Shown in pieces: positions 1 to 8,677 of a stretch of DNA of 64,000 nt. Position 1 is the first letter of the stretch; every line of letters begins with the position of its first letter. The position numbers and the translations under genes were made by a program. The notes beneath the pieces were generated by a model that was not told the DNA's origin, made no database searches, and was given only the letters and a program-made list of their open reading frames with translations. The DNA is from a virus: the IMG/VR virus record IMGVR_UViG_3300017971_000214, positions 62,261-126,260 of that record, one strand, 5' to 3'.

Positions 1-372
1 GTGTACCAGCTCAACGAAGACCTGAAGAGTCGCATGAGGCTCGTTGCGCTTACCTACCCGAAGTCCTCCAAGGAGAAGGAGATCATCGCCGCGGTCCTCT
101 CCGACACGTCTCTGGATCAGTCGGTAGTCGACCGGGTGATTCTCCTTGCGCACGAGACTCGACAGCAGTCGTTGGAGTACGCGCTCAGTACACGCGACGT
201 CGTGCAGTTGCTGGAGGACATCGCGGCTATGGATTTGACCAGGGCGCTGCGCATCGTACTCGGCAAGTTCGACGACACCGACCGGGACACGGTGGCAGAG
301 AGAATCCAAAGCATCTTCGGCGTGAGCTTCGATCAGACCTCGCGGCGTCGCGGGGCTGCAGCGAGGGCGTGA
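1..372 (+). CDS. C-terminal part of a MoxR/CbbQ/NirQ-type AAA+ ATPase (5' truncated by the window edge)
   Basis: YQLNEDLKSR..L.YP..E arginine-finger region and STR sensor-2 motif; directly followed by a VWA gene. Confidence 0.75.
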   Translation: MYQLNEDLKSRMRLVALTYPKSSKEKEIIAAVLSDTSLDQSVVDRVILLAHETRQQSLEYALSTRDVVQLLEDIAAMDLTRALRIVLGKFDDTDRDTVAERIQSIFGVSFDQTSRRRGAAARA

Positions 373-373
373 G

Positions 374-2515
374 GTGCGGACTCCTTTTTCTCCCCCCGCG
401 GACCCGCTAGCTGCGGCGATGTCGGAAGAGGCTGAGTCCGCCGACACGTTGGCGGACTTACGTCGGTACTCGGTGCTCAAGTCGGTGGCCTACAAGACCG
501 TCGACATGTTCTCCGGCATCACCAAGCGGCGCTTGTGGCTGAAGGACGGCTCCTTCGTGGGGACAGACGGGAACGAGATCAGAGTTCCCTTCTCCGATCC
601 GGACTTCTACCAGCTGGTGGAGCGCCAGCTCGCCCACGTCCTGTTTCGCTCGGACGCCAAGGCCAAGAAGGTGTTCGTCCGGGACTACTCGATGAAGGTG
701 GCGGAGGTAGCCAAGAAGATGGGGGTCGAGCTGAACGCCGGCCACCTTCAGGGAGCCATCGGCCACATCATCACGGTTCTGGAGAAGCGCCGCGTCACCT
801 CCCTGTGGGGGATCTTGTATCCCGGCAGCCACCAGCTACTGAAGGAGATCGACCAGGAGTCCGTCGCAGAGCTGATGAATGAAGCGCACGGGAGCCTACT
901 CGCCTATCTGACCTGTTTGGAAGGCGACGGAGCGTCGGTCGGTGCGGGGGAGATGGATCGATTCCGGCCCTACATCGAGGAAGCCTTCCGGAAGGTGCAC
1001 AAGCGGGGGTTCTCGGCGACGCTTTCGATCTCCAAGTGGCTCGTGATGCAGTTCGTCAACGAGATCATCCGAGAGCTGAAGGACATCCCACCCCCTCCCC
1101 CGCCCATGCCTACGCCCCAAGGGCAGCCCGGCTCTGCTGGAAGCTCCGGCGAGAACGATTCAGAGAGGGAGGAAGGTGACGACTGCGACTGCGACGCCCC
1201 GAAGGCTGGGGGCAGCTCGGAGGGATCCGGAGAAGAAGGCGATGAAGGCTCCCAGGAGCCCTCTGAAGGCGACGATGGGGAGGGGGAGGGCGACGCCCCC
1301 GACGAAGGCGACGAAGGGCAGGAAGGGGCCTCAGAGGGGGAAGAAGACGGGGATGGGGATGCCCCCTGGAACCCGCCGCCTCCGCCGGCTACCGGGGCCG
1401 AGCGTACCCAGGCGCTGAAAGATCTGATCGACAAGCTGGGGAAGGCCCCCGAGCAGGTGAAGGACACAATGCTGGAGTCCAAGTTCACCAAGTCTCGGCA
1501 CTCGCCTAAGGCGCAGGCGCTTGCTTCGCAGGCGTTGAAGGCGGACGTGAACAACCCGGACAAGTTCGAGGACAGCCTGGATGACTCCGAGCAGGAGATG
1601 GAGGACATCCTGGATGCGGCTCTCCGAGCCATGCGCCAGAAGATGCACCACGACGAGTGGTTGCAGAAAGATGCGATGGCGAAGATCAGCTTCGTCGACA
1701 AGGAGGATCAGAAGCACGCCCGGCAGCCCATGAGCTTCGAGGACCAGCAGACGGTCAACCGTCTGCGCGCGATGTTCCACCGCGTGATGGGCAAGCGCAA
1801 GAGCGTGCTGGAGTACGAAGGCACGGAGATCGACGTGAGCGCCTACATCGAGCGCATGACCACAGGGCTTCCTGTGCCGTGCTTTCGATCGGAGGGCACG
1901 GGACGAGGGTTCAAGGCCCTGTTGTTGCTGGACCGATCGAGTTCGATGGGTGGTGCCAAGACGCAGCAGTGCGAGAGGGCGGGTCGAATCATACGGAGGG
2001 CGTTGGAGTTCCCTTTCGTGGAGACCACGGTGTGGGGCTTCAGCTCGAACGAGCCGGGGCAGATCTCGCTCATCCGGCACAACTCACGCGCCGACGTCGA
2101 GCTGCGGGAGGGGGAACGAGGGTCGGGAGGTTCGACGCCGCTGCACGTGGCTGTTCGTCTGGGGGTACGCGAGCTGGAGCGGGGGACCGAGAGCAAGCAG
2201 CTTTTCGTCCTGACCGATGGCTTTCCTACGCACGCTAAGCGCAACGGGAAGATCTTCGCTACCGAGCAGCTGATGCTGTTTGTCCGCGACGAAGTGCGGA
2301 AGGCGCGGAGTAAGGGGATCAACGTCACTTGTGTCTTGGTGGGCGCACCGGACTGGAGAAAGCCCGACCAGATCCACTACGACATGTCCCCAAAGCAACT
2401 TTCCTATATGTTCGGCCCTCGTCGCAACTGGCGTCAGATGGACCCCGAGCGTGTCGGCAGCGATCTAGTTCACCTTGTTGCCACGAGCTTCGTGGACTTT
2501 CTGAAGCGGGGGTAG
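374..2515 (+). CDS. VWA-domain protein (CobT/NorD/CbbO-like partner of the AAA+ ATPase)
   Basis: MIDAS DRSSSM, GSTP, VLTDGFP; long acidic/Pro-rich linker; position after the MoxR-type ATPase. Confidence 0.85.
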   Translation: MRTPFSPPADPLAAAMSEEAESADTLADLRRYSVLKSVAYKTVDMFSGITKRRLWLKDGSFVGTDGNEIRVPFSDPDFYQLVERQLAHVLFRSDAKAKKVFVRDYSMKVAEVAKKMGVELNAGHLQGAIGHIITVLEKRRVTSLWGILYPGSHQLLKEIDQESVAELMNEAHGSLLAYLTCLEGDGASVGAGEMDRFRPYIEEAFRKVHKRGFSATLSISKWLVMQFVNEIIRELKDIPPPPPPMPTPQGQPGSAGSSGENDSEREEGDDCDCDAPKAGGSSEGSGEEGDEGSQEPSEGDDGEGEGDAPDEGDEGQEGASEGEEDGDGDAPWNPPPPPATGAERTQALKDLIDKLGKAPEQVKDTMLESKFTKSRHSPKAQALASQALKADVNNPDKFEDSLDDSEQEMEDILDAALRAMRQKMHHDEWLQKDAMAKISFVDKEDQKHARQPMSFEDQQTVNRLRAMFHRVMGKRKSVLEYEGTEIDVSAYIERMTTGLPVPCFRSEGTGRGFKALLLLDRSSSMGGAKTQQCERAGRIIRRALEFPFVETTVWGFSSNEPGQISLIRHNSRADVELREGERGSGGSTPLHVAVRLGVRELERGTESKQLFVLTDGFPTHAKRNGKIFATEQLMLFVRDEVRKARSKGINVTCVLVGAPDWRKPDQIHYDMSPKQLSYMFGPRRNWRQMDPERVGSDLVHLVATSFVDFLKRG

Positions 2516-2517
2516 CG

Positions 2518-3042
2518 TTGGGGCAGGCGCTTTACACAGGACCCAAGGGCCTTTGTCGAGACTGCGGCAAAGAGACCTTCATCCGGCTGGGCTCGATGGT
2601 AGGCAAGGTCAAAGAGCGCGCGTGGGAGATCCACCCGGAGCTGATGCAGCTCATCTACAGCGACATCCGCCGGGCCACCGTGATGCTCAGCAGAGGGAAG
2701 CTAGAGGTTCGGTGCCCCGCCTGTATCGAGGACCCCATCGTCCAGACGCCCAAGGCGTCCAAGCTGATGTGGGTGGCTCTGGACGGTGTTGTGGGCGACG
2801 CACCTTCAGGCATGCTCATCGGTCCGTTCTGCAACCAGTGCTTCAAGGTCCGTCGTCGTAAGTTCGAGTCGCAGGACGGCTTGGCCGCGGACCTGCCCGT
2901 CTACTACGTGACGGTCACCCAGAACAACCTGGAGATCGTCCGAGAGACCCCACGGCCCGTGGAGATTCCCCCCGAAGACGAGCCCAGTCGCGGCGGGGAG
3001 CCAGACGACTCCGGAGCAGCGGAGGTGGGGGGACTGTTTTGA
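2518..3042 (+). CDS. hypothetical protein with three CxxC pairs
   Basis: CRDC, CPAC, CNQC; TTG start chosen just after the upstream stop. Confidence 0.55.
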   Translation: MGQALYTGPKGLCRDCGKETFIRLGSMVGKVKERAWEIHPELMQLIYSDIRRATVMLSRGKLEVRCPACIEDPIVQTPKASKLMWVALDGVVGDAPSGMLIGPFCNQCFKVRRRKFESQDGLAADLPVYYVTVTQNNLEIVRETPRPVEIPPEDEPSRGGEPDDSGAAEVGGLF

Positions 3043-3076
3043 TGCGTCCATGTGGACGTATTGCGGAGGTGAGGTA

Positions 3077-3433
3077 ATGGTGACGAAGAAGAAGGCCAAG
3101 AAACCGGCCAAGAAACCGGCCAAGAAGGCCGTCAAGAAGACCGCGAAGAAGGCGCAGCCGAAGAAAGCGGCCAAGAAGAAGGTAGCCAAGAAGAAGCGGG
3201 CGCCTGCGGGCTCGGATACGGTAGTCGAGCGCGAGGTGCAGTCGGCTTTGAAGGGTGGTCCCAAGAGCAACCAGGAGCTGCGTTCTCAGCTCGGCACCGA
3301 GGACAAGAAGCTGACACGGACGCTGCAGCGGCTGCGACGCCGCGGGTTGCTGAAGGTGGTCAAGGGCCGCTGGGCTCTGACGACCGTCGAGATCTGCCCC
3401 AAGTGCGGCGGCAAAGGCTGGGTCAAGAAGTAG
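3077..3433 (+). CDS. histone H1-like Lys/Ala-rich protein with winged HTH and a C-terminal CxxCxGxG
   Basis: PAKK/AAKK repeats, LTRTLQRLRRRGLLKVVKGRW wing, CPKCGGKG; RBS GGAGGTGAGG. Confidence 0.7.
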   Translation: MVTKKKAKKPAKKPAKKAVKKTAKKAQPKKAAKKKVAKKKRAPAGSDTVVEREVQSALKGGPKSNQELRSQLGTEDKKLTRTLQRLRRRGLLKVVKGRWALTTVEICPKCGGKGWVKK

Positions 3434-3440
3434 GGCCGCC

Positions 3441-3575
3441 ATGCCCGCTTTCATCGCCGAGAAGCAGCTTCACCCTAAGCTGCGGGCAAGGATCAGTGTG
3501 TCCTATTGGGCCGTCGTTCTTCTGTCCTTCGTGCAGGTAGTGGTTCTGGCAGTCGTCTTGTGGAGGTGTATGTGA
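3441..3575 (+). CDS. small single-pass membrane protein, 44 aa (below the ORF track cut-off)
   Basis: MPAFIAEKQLHPKLRARISVSYWAVVLLSFVQVVVLAVVLWRCM; fills the gap and ends in a GTGA overlap with the next gene. Confidence 0.55.
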   Translation: MPAFIAEKQLHPKLRARISVSYWAVVLLSFVQVVVLAVVLWRCM

Positions 3576-4015
3576 AGCCTCAGACCACGGAGGAGCTAGC
3601 CGATTGGATCGGAATCCGCCACCGCGCGGTAGAAGGGATGGATGTCGATGAAGAGTGGACGCGGATCTGCACCACTCTTGGGCTCACCAGCGACGAGCTG
3701 GAAGCCGCCGGCCCCGAGGGCTGCCGGCGTTTCATCGACATCTACGACCGAGGGTTCCGGGCGGCCGAAGGCATGTGGCACGGATCTTTTCAGTCCTTGC
3801 GCAAGCAGTACGGAGAGGAAGTGATCGGAAGCGACTACCGGCTCGCTGGCTTCAGCTTCGTGCAGATCAACGGCCGTATGATTCAGCTCGTAGCGAATCA
3901 CACCGGGCGCACAGCGGAGGAGATTCGAGCCTACCTAGAAGGCGACGAACACAACCCGAAGTTGTTCAGGGCGTTTGCTTACTTCGGGGTTCACCCCGTA
4001 GGGAAAGGCTTCTGA
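3572..4015 (+). CDS. hypothetical protein
   Basis: GGAGG RBS before GTG; TGATG coupling to the next gene. Confidence 0.55.
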   Translation: MKPQTTEELADWIGIRHRAVEGMDVDEEWTRICTTLGLTSDELEAAGPEGCRRFIDIYDRGFRAAEGMWHGSFQSLRKQYGEEVIGSDYRLAGFSFVQINGRMIQLVANHTGRTAEEIRAYLEGDEHNPKLFRAFAYFGVHPVGKGF

Positions 4016-4428
4016 TGAGCTGGCCCAAAGCCGCGGTCTACCTCCCGCCTCCGTGGAACAGCCCACGGACGGTAGACGTCCTAGGATTCTACAGGAACGC
4101 CGTGTGTGGCGTAGACGGAAAGGTACGCATTACCAACGGAGAGTGGACCGAAGAGCTAGGGCTCAAGAACGCGCTGAAGTTCGAGGACATGGCCCCCGGT
4201 GTGCACATCGTAGAGGAGCCTATCCTTTGGGTCCGCTTGCGGCTGGGGTGGCCCGCGTGTGAGCGACGGTTCGAGATCCCAGGACGCGACGTGGTGTGGG
4301 TCAACACCGAGGCCGCGCAGGCGTACCGCATAGGAACCATGCTGCCCGTCATCGGAGTCGGCTACGCAGCCGACGAGAAACTGAGGCTGTTCAGAGAGGA
4401 GTTCGGAGATGGGAAAGCCCCAGCGTAA
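4015..4428 (+). CDS. hypothetical protein
   Basis: ATG overlapping the upstream stop (TGATG); GC3-rich codons. Confidence 0.5.
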   Translation: MSWPKAAVYLPPPWNSPRTVDVLGFYRNAVCGVDGKVRITNGEWTEELGLKNALKFEDMAPGVHIVEEPILWVRLRLGWPACERRFEIPGRDVVWVNTEAAQAYRIGTMLPVIGVGYAADEKLRLFREEFGDGKAPA

Positions 4429-4975
4429 GCACTACGTGCTGTTCATCAGTCCGGGGACGTTGTTCTCGGAGACCACTAGCAAGGCCATCGACTCGTGGGA
4501 CACCAAGAAGGCGGTGGAGCTGTCCAAGGGCATCGAGGAGCGCCACGGCGCCACGCCCTACGGCTTCCGGTTCGAGACCTACCTGAAGGGCGAACCCGTA
4601 CCGGATGGAGAGGGAGGAACACTGGAGGTGCGCCCCAAGCGCGTCGAGACTTCGGGCATTCACTTCTTGGGAGGGAGGATCGAATCCTACGGTGAAGTGG
4701 TGACTCGAAACGACCCCAAGGAGGACATCCTTCGCAGCAACATGCGAGGCGAGACGGCGTTCATCTGCATCAACACCAACAGCTACAAGAGCACGACGCC
4801 CTTCGGGGAGGACGACTGCGTGGTGGACGAAGAGGGCAACGTGGTTGAGCGCGGGAACGATCCCGAGCGCATGAAGTACCGCGAAGAGGTCAAGGCGGAA
4901 TGGGACCGCCAGCACGAAGAGGACATGAAGAGATGGAGAGCGAGGGAAGAATCCGCATCCGCAAACGAGACCTGA
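4409..4975 (+). CDS. hypothetical protein
   Basis: GAGGAG RBS; typical codon usage. Confidence 0.65.
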   Translation: MGKPQRKHYVLFISPGTLFSETTSKAIDSWDTKKAVELSKGIEERHGATPYGFRFETYLKGEPVPDGEGGTLEVRPKRVETSGIHFLGGRIESYGEVVTRNDPKEDILRSNMRGETAFICINTNSYKSTTPFGEDDCVVDEEGNVVERGNDPERMKYREEVKAEWDRQHEEDMKRWRAREESASANET

Positions 4976-5166
4976 TCAGCACAGGCAAGGGCAAGAAGCT
5001 GCACATCGTGGAGGGGGTCGAGAACGGGATGGTGCACGTGCTCTGCTGCGCGCACATCTACGAGGACAACGTGGTGGAGCGCATGTCTCCCAGCTTGGCA
5101 GTGCGCGGCCGTGTGTGCCGGCGGTGCCAGGCGTACTTCAACAAGTGGAACGCAGCCAAGCGCTGA
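4933..5166 (+). CDS. hypothetical protein, possible Zn-binding
   Basis: H, CC and CRRC motifs; fills the gap; start uncertain. Confidence 0.45.
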   Translation: MESEGRIRIRKRDLISTGKGKKLHIVEGVENGMVHVLCCAHIYEDNVVERMSPSLAVRGRVCRRCQAYFNKWNAAKR

Positions 5167-5179
5167 CTAGAGGTGAACC

Positions 5180-5620
5180 ATGACCATCAAGAAGACCACC
5201 ATCCTGATCATTCTGGGCGTACTACTCGCCTGCGGTCTGACCGGCTTCGGTTGCTGGGCAGTACCCAAGTGGAACGTCTACAGCCAAGAGATGTCGGGCA
5301 AGGCCAAGCTAGCAGAGGCTGAGTCCTCTCGGCAGATCGCCATTCTCGAAGCCAAGGCTAAGCAGGAAAGCGCCAAGATGCTCGCGGTTGCCGAGGTCGA
5401 GCGCGCCAAGGGAGTAGCGCAGGCCAACCAGATCATAGGCGAGTCGCTGAAGGGCAACGAGAGCTACCTGCGATACCTCTGGATCCAGGGTCTGCAGGAC
5501 GGTAGCAGCGAGGTCATCTACATTCCGACCGAGGCCAACATGCCCATCCTCGAAGCTCGGGACGAGCGCCCCACGCCTAAAGCGGAGAAGGCTGCTACGC
5601 CGCCTCCCGAAAAGAAGTAG
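5180..5620 (+). CDS. short SPFH/band-7-like membrane protein
   Basis: N-terminal TM helix, Ala/Glu coiled coil, YLRYLWI and VIYIPTEAN motifs. Confidence 0.7.
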   Translation: MTIKKTTILIILGVLLACGLTGFGCWAVPKWNVYSQEMSGKAKLAEAESSRQIAILEAKAKQESAKMLAVAEVERAKGVAQANQIIGESLKGNESYLRYLWIQGLQDGSSEVIYIPTEANMPILEARDERPTPKAEKAATPPPEKK

Positions 5621-5632
5621 GAGAAGAACGAG

Positions 5633-6559
5633 ATGCGATTGGTCAAACCGTACTACGAGGTGGAAAACTTCCCTCCCGGTGATGAAGTCCTGGCGATGTT
5701 GGAGCGCGCGGCCCGGACTTGCTACAAGTCGGAGGACAAGATCGAGGATGGTCGGGAGGTGTGCTCTCACTGCAAGGGCACCGGCTACGAGGCGAAGCTC
5801 CGGTACTCCGAGATGGAGGATCGAGTCTCTGGCGCTCACGTCCAGAAGTGCTCCGAGTGCGGAGGTGTTGGCTACCATCAGATCGACGAGCCTTCGAGCT
5901 ACGCCATCATCAAGAAGATCCTGAAGTCCAACCGACGCGCCAAGCTCGTCAAGAAGATCACCGAGCGGCTGGGGTTTGTGGGACGTGCCGGTGTGCTGAC
6001 GGGAGCCACGGAGGGCGAGCTGGCGGAGGTCGCCGAAGCTATCATCGACGACGTGTGGAACGACGACCCGGCACACGAGTCGGTCATCGAGCACGTTAGC
6101 GCTACGGTCCGGTTCATCTGTGCTCGCGGCATCACACACGAGATGGTGCGCCACAGGATCGCAGCCTATTCGCAGGAGTCGACGAGGTACTGCAACTACT
6201 CGAAGGGGAAGTTTGGCGAGTCCATCACCTTCATCGACGACGAGCACTACCTGACCGACGAGCAGCGCGAGTGGGGCCGGGCTGCGCAGAAGGTCATGGA
6301 GGACACGTACATGAAGATGGTGGAGAGCGGTCTCGCTCCGCAGATCGCGAGGAACTATCTCCCCATCGGGCTGAAGACGGAGATCGTCGCGACCTACAAC
6401 ATGCGCCAGTGGAGAAACGTATTCAAGCAACGGTGCTCCCCAAGGGCACACCCCCAAATGAGGGAACTGATGGTCCCTTTGCTTCACGACTTCCGTGCGC
6501 GTGTTCCGATTCTGTTCGACGACATCTACCCGAACATGACGTGGCCGGAGGCGGTATGA
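5633..6559 (+). CDS. thyX: FAD-dependent thymidylate synthase with Zn-finger insertion
   Basis: AARTCYKS, HESVIEH, RHRIAAYSQESTRY ThyX motif, AHPQMR. Confidence 0.92.
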   Translation: MRLVKPYYEVENFPPGDEVLAMLERAARTCYKSEDKIEDGREVCSHCKGTGYEAKLRYSEMEDRVSGAHVQKCSECGGVGYHQIDEPSSYAIIKKILKSNRRAKLVKKITERLGFVGRAGVLTGATEGELAEVAEAIIDDVWNDDPAHESVIEHVSATVRFICARGITHEMVRHRIAAYSQESTRYCNYSKGKFGESITFIDDEHYLTDEQREWGRAAQKVMEDTYMKMVESGLAPQIARNYLPIGLKTEIVATYNMRQWRNVFKQRCSPRAHPQMRELMVPLLHDFRARVPILFDDIYPNMTWPEAV

Positions 6560-7239
6560 TCGCCGAAGAAGTCGAGCCCTTGGTACTCGTGGTGCAGGGG
6601 ACCGAGAAGCCCTGTGGGTACGCGTGTCCGACCTGCAAGAAGGTGTACGTCAGCGCCTATGACGACCCGAGCGAGAAGGCGATGGCGACGGTGCGAGATG
6701 TAGCCCAGCGGTGCTGCGCGGAGAAGGTCTGCCAGGACTGTGGCAAGATCTCCGGAGACTCCAAGTACGTCTACACGGTGTGCGCCGAGTGCCGGGCCAA
6801 GAACGACGCTGAGCGGGAGGCCAAGCGTTTCGAGAAGGCCAAGAAGGTGCCGCTCTCCGACTACGACGGCGAGACGCTGTACTGGGAGGAGAACTACTAC
6901 AACGACGTGTGGGAGCTGTACGACCACTGTGTGGACAACACCGAGGAAGGTGAGGAGCCTGACTTTCCCGAGTACGTGTGGGCCTGCAAGCGGGTGCCTT
7001 TCACGCTCGATGCTGACCGCATGGTGAGCGACGAGTGCGAGTACAACCACCACGACGAAGCCTACGATCGTATTCCGCGGAGCGAGATCGCAGACCTCCA
7101 AGTGTTTCTCGACGGTTGGTGCGAGCAGCAAGGGGTGACGACCTACGAGCAGGACACCGGCACAGCAGTCTTGATCCCGCCACCTCCGAAGGACTACCAA
7201 GACGGGCTGGAAGACACCCCAGTCGAGAAGGAGTCGTAG
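6556..7239 (+). CDS. hypothetical Cys-rich, acidic protein
   Basis: ATGA overlap with thyX stop; CPTC, CQDC, CAEC. Confidence 0.6.
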   Translation: MIAEEVEPLVLVVQGTEKPCGYACPTCKKVYVSAYDDPSEKAMATVRDVAQRCCAEKVCQDCGKISGDSKYVYTVCAECRAKNDAEREAKRFEKAKKVPLSDYDGETLYWEENYYNDVWELYDHCVDNTEEGEEPDFPEYVWACKRVPFTLDADRMVSDECEYNHHDEAYDRIPRSEIADLQVFLDGWCEQQGVTTYEQDTGTAVLIPPPPKDYQDGLEDTPVEKES

Positions 7240-7241
7240 GG

Positions 7242-7952
7242 ATGTTGATCGGAATTTCAGGCATGGCCGGTTCTGGGAAGGACGTGGTCGCCACCGACTT
7301 GGTGGAGGACTTCGGGTTCGTGCAGGTCGCCCTGGCGGACCCGGTGAAGCGCGCAGCTCGGCATGTGTACGACTTCACGGTGGAGCAGTTGTGGGGGCCG
7401 AGCCCCGAGCGCGCGAAGCCTGACACCCGCTACCCGCGCGAGCATGGCCCGTGGACGGACGACGAGAAGTGTCTGTGCTGCGGCGTGGAGTGGGGCAGGC
7501 CGGCGCAGAAGAAGCAGTGCTACCTGACGCCTCGCTTCGCTATCCAGACGCTCGGGACCGAGTGGGGGCGCGGGTGCTACTTGGACACGTGGGTGGACTA
7601 CACCATCCGAACCGCCAACCGGCTGCTCGGTCCCCAAGGGGAGCATCTTCGCTACGATCCTGTGGACGGGATCATCGAAGCACCGTTGCGCGACAGCTGG
7701 AAGGCGAAGGGCGTGGTGGTGTCGGACATCCGGTTCCGCAACGAGTTGGAGGCCATTCGTGCAGCGGATAGCAAGCTGTGGCGAGTGCTGCGCGTCGGCC
7801 ACGAGAAGCCCAAATGGAACCACGAGTCCGAAACGGAGCAGCAGGGTTTCAAAGACGAGGAGTTCGACGTGGTGCTCAAGAACGCGGGCACCTTGGCGGA
7901 CCTACACACGCTGGTGAAGAGGTCGATGATGGCGATCAAGGAGCTAGGATGA
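7242..7952 (+). CDS. deoxynucleoside monophosphate kinase (T4 gp1-like)
   Basis: GMAGSGKD P-loop, TPRFAIQTLGTEWGR, VVSDIRFRNE, HESE. Confidence 0.88.
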   Translation: MLIGISGMAGSGKDVVATDLVEDFGFVQVALADPVKRAARHVYDFTVEQLWGPSPERAKPDTRYPREHGPWTDDEKCLCCGVEWGRPAQKKQCYLTPRFAIQTLGTEWGRGCYLDTWVDYTIRTANRLLGPQGEHLRYDPVDGIIEAPLRDSWKAKGVVVSDIRFRNELEAIRAADSKLWRVLRVGHEKPKWNHESETEQQGFKDEEFDVVLKNAGTLADLHTLVKRSMMAIKELG

Positions 7953-8275
7953 ACTTCAGCGAGTACCAGAAGAAGGCCGGAACGACGGCGCTCTACCCCG
8001 ACCGAGGCAACCACATCGCCTACCCCGCGCTAGGGCTTGCCGGCGAAGCTGGCGAGGTCGCAGAGAAGGTGAAGAAGATCTTGCGAGGAGACCGCGAGTT
8101 GGACGACGAGTACCGCGCGGTGCTGCGCAAAGAACTCGGGGATGTCCTGTGGTACGTGGCGGCGATGTGCCACGAGATCGGAGCCGACATGCAGGACGTC
8201 GCCGAGGAGAACATCGCGAAGCTCGCCTCGCGGAAGGAGCGTGGGGTCATCCGCGGAAGTGGGGATGACCGATGA
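7949..8275 (+). CDS. mazG: MazG-like nucleoside triphosphate pyrophosphohydrolase
   Basis: LGLAGEAGEVAEKVKK, KELGDVLWYVA, GSGDDR. Confidence 0.9.
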   Translation: MNFSEYQKKAGTTALYPDRGNHIAYPALGLAGEAGEVAEKVKKILRGDRELDDEYRAVLRKELGDVLWYVAAMCHEIGADMQDVAEENIAKLASRKERGVIRGSGDDR

Positions 8276-8475
8276 AGGTCGAGCCCGGACCCGAGCTGAC
8301 GAGGGCGCAGGGGGACCTCGTGATGGAGCTGTTGTCCGATGCGCGTGACAGCGTGTACCGAGCGGCGCAGGAAATCGGATCGAAGGACCCGGCCCACGAC
8401 GTCCTGTGGAGCATGGCCGGGAGGATCGAACACGAGAAGGTCAAGCTGCTGCGGCGGTGCAAACAATGCTCTTGA
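8272..8475 (+). CDS. hypothetical protein
   Basis: ATGA overlap with the upstream stop. Confidence 0.5.
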   Translation: MKVEPGPELTRAQGDLVMELLSDARDSVYRAAQEIGSKDPAHDVLWSMAGRIEHEKVKLLRRCKQCS

Positions 8476-8505
8476 CCGATCTGAATGTAGGCGGTAGTCC
8501 TACAT
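8472..8505 (+). promoter_or_regulatory. putative sigma70-type promoter with overlapping palindromic operator
   Basis: TTGACC-N17-TAGTCC; inverted repeat ATGTAGG (8485-8491) / CCTACAT (8499-8505) straddles the -10. Confidence 0.4.
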
Positions 8506-8510
8506 GCCAG

Positions 8511-8672
8511 GCTGGACTAAGCCTCCAGCACAGTGGGTGGTCACTCCAGAAGCGAAGAAGAGTCCGGAAGGGGATCTTCACCGGTTTCTCCCCCCTGCCG
8601 GTGATGCCCGGCTTAGCTTTCGGGCTCTCCTTCGCCGCTGGAGTGCGTCTTGAAGCCGATGAGAGGAGCCCG
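8511..8672 (+). ncRNA. structured 5' leader (long hairpin plus pseudoknot) of the replication initiator gene
   Basis: nested helices CACTCCAG/CTGGAGTG, GCGAAG/CTTCGC, GAGTCCGGAAG/CTTTCGGGCTC, CACCGG/CCGGTG; loop CTAAGCC complementary to GGCTTAG. Confidence 0.6.
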
Positions 8673-8677
8673 TAGCC

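Noticed and set aside
2011-2017. In-phase C_CCT_TTC heptamer in the VWA gene
   Set aside because: It lies mid-domain (FPF) with no gene-like -1 continuation; it shows the heptamer can occur by chance
5745-6070. Mini-intein in ThyX
   Set aside because: No block B TxxH and no terminal HN followed by C/S/T
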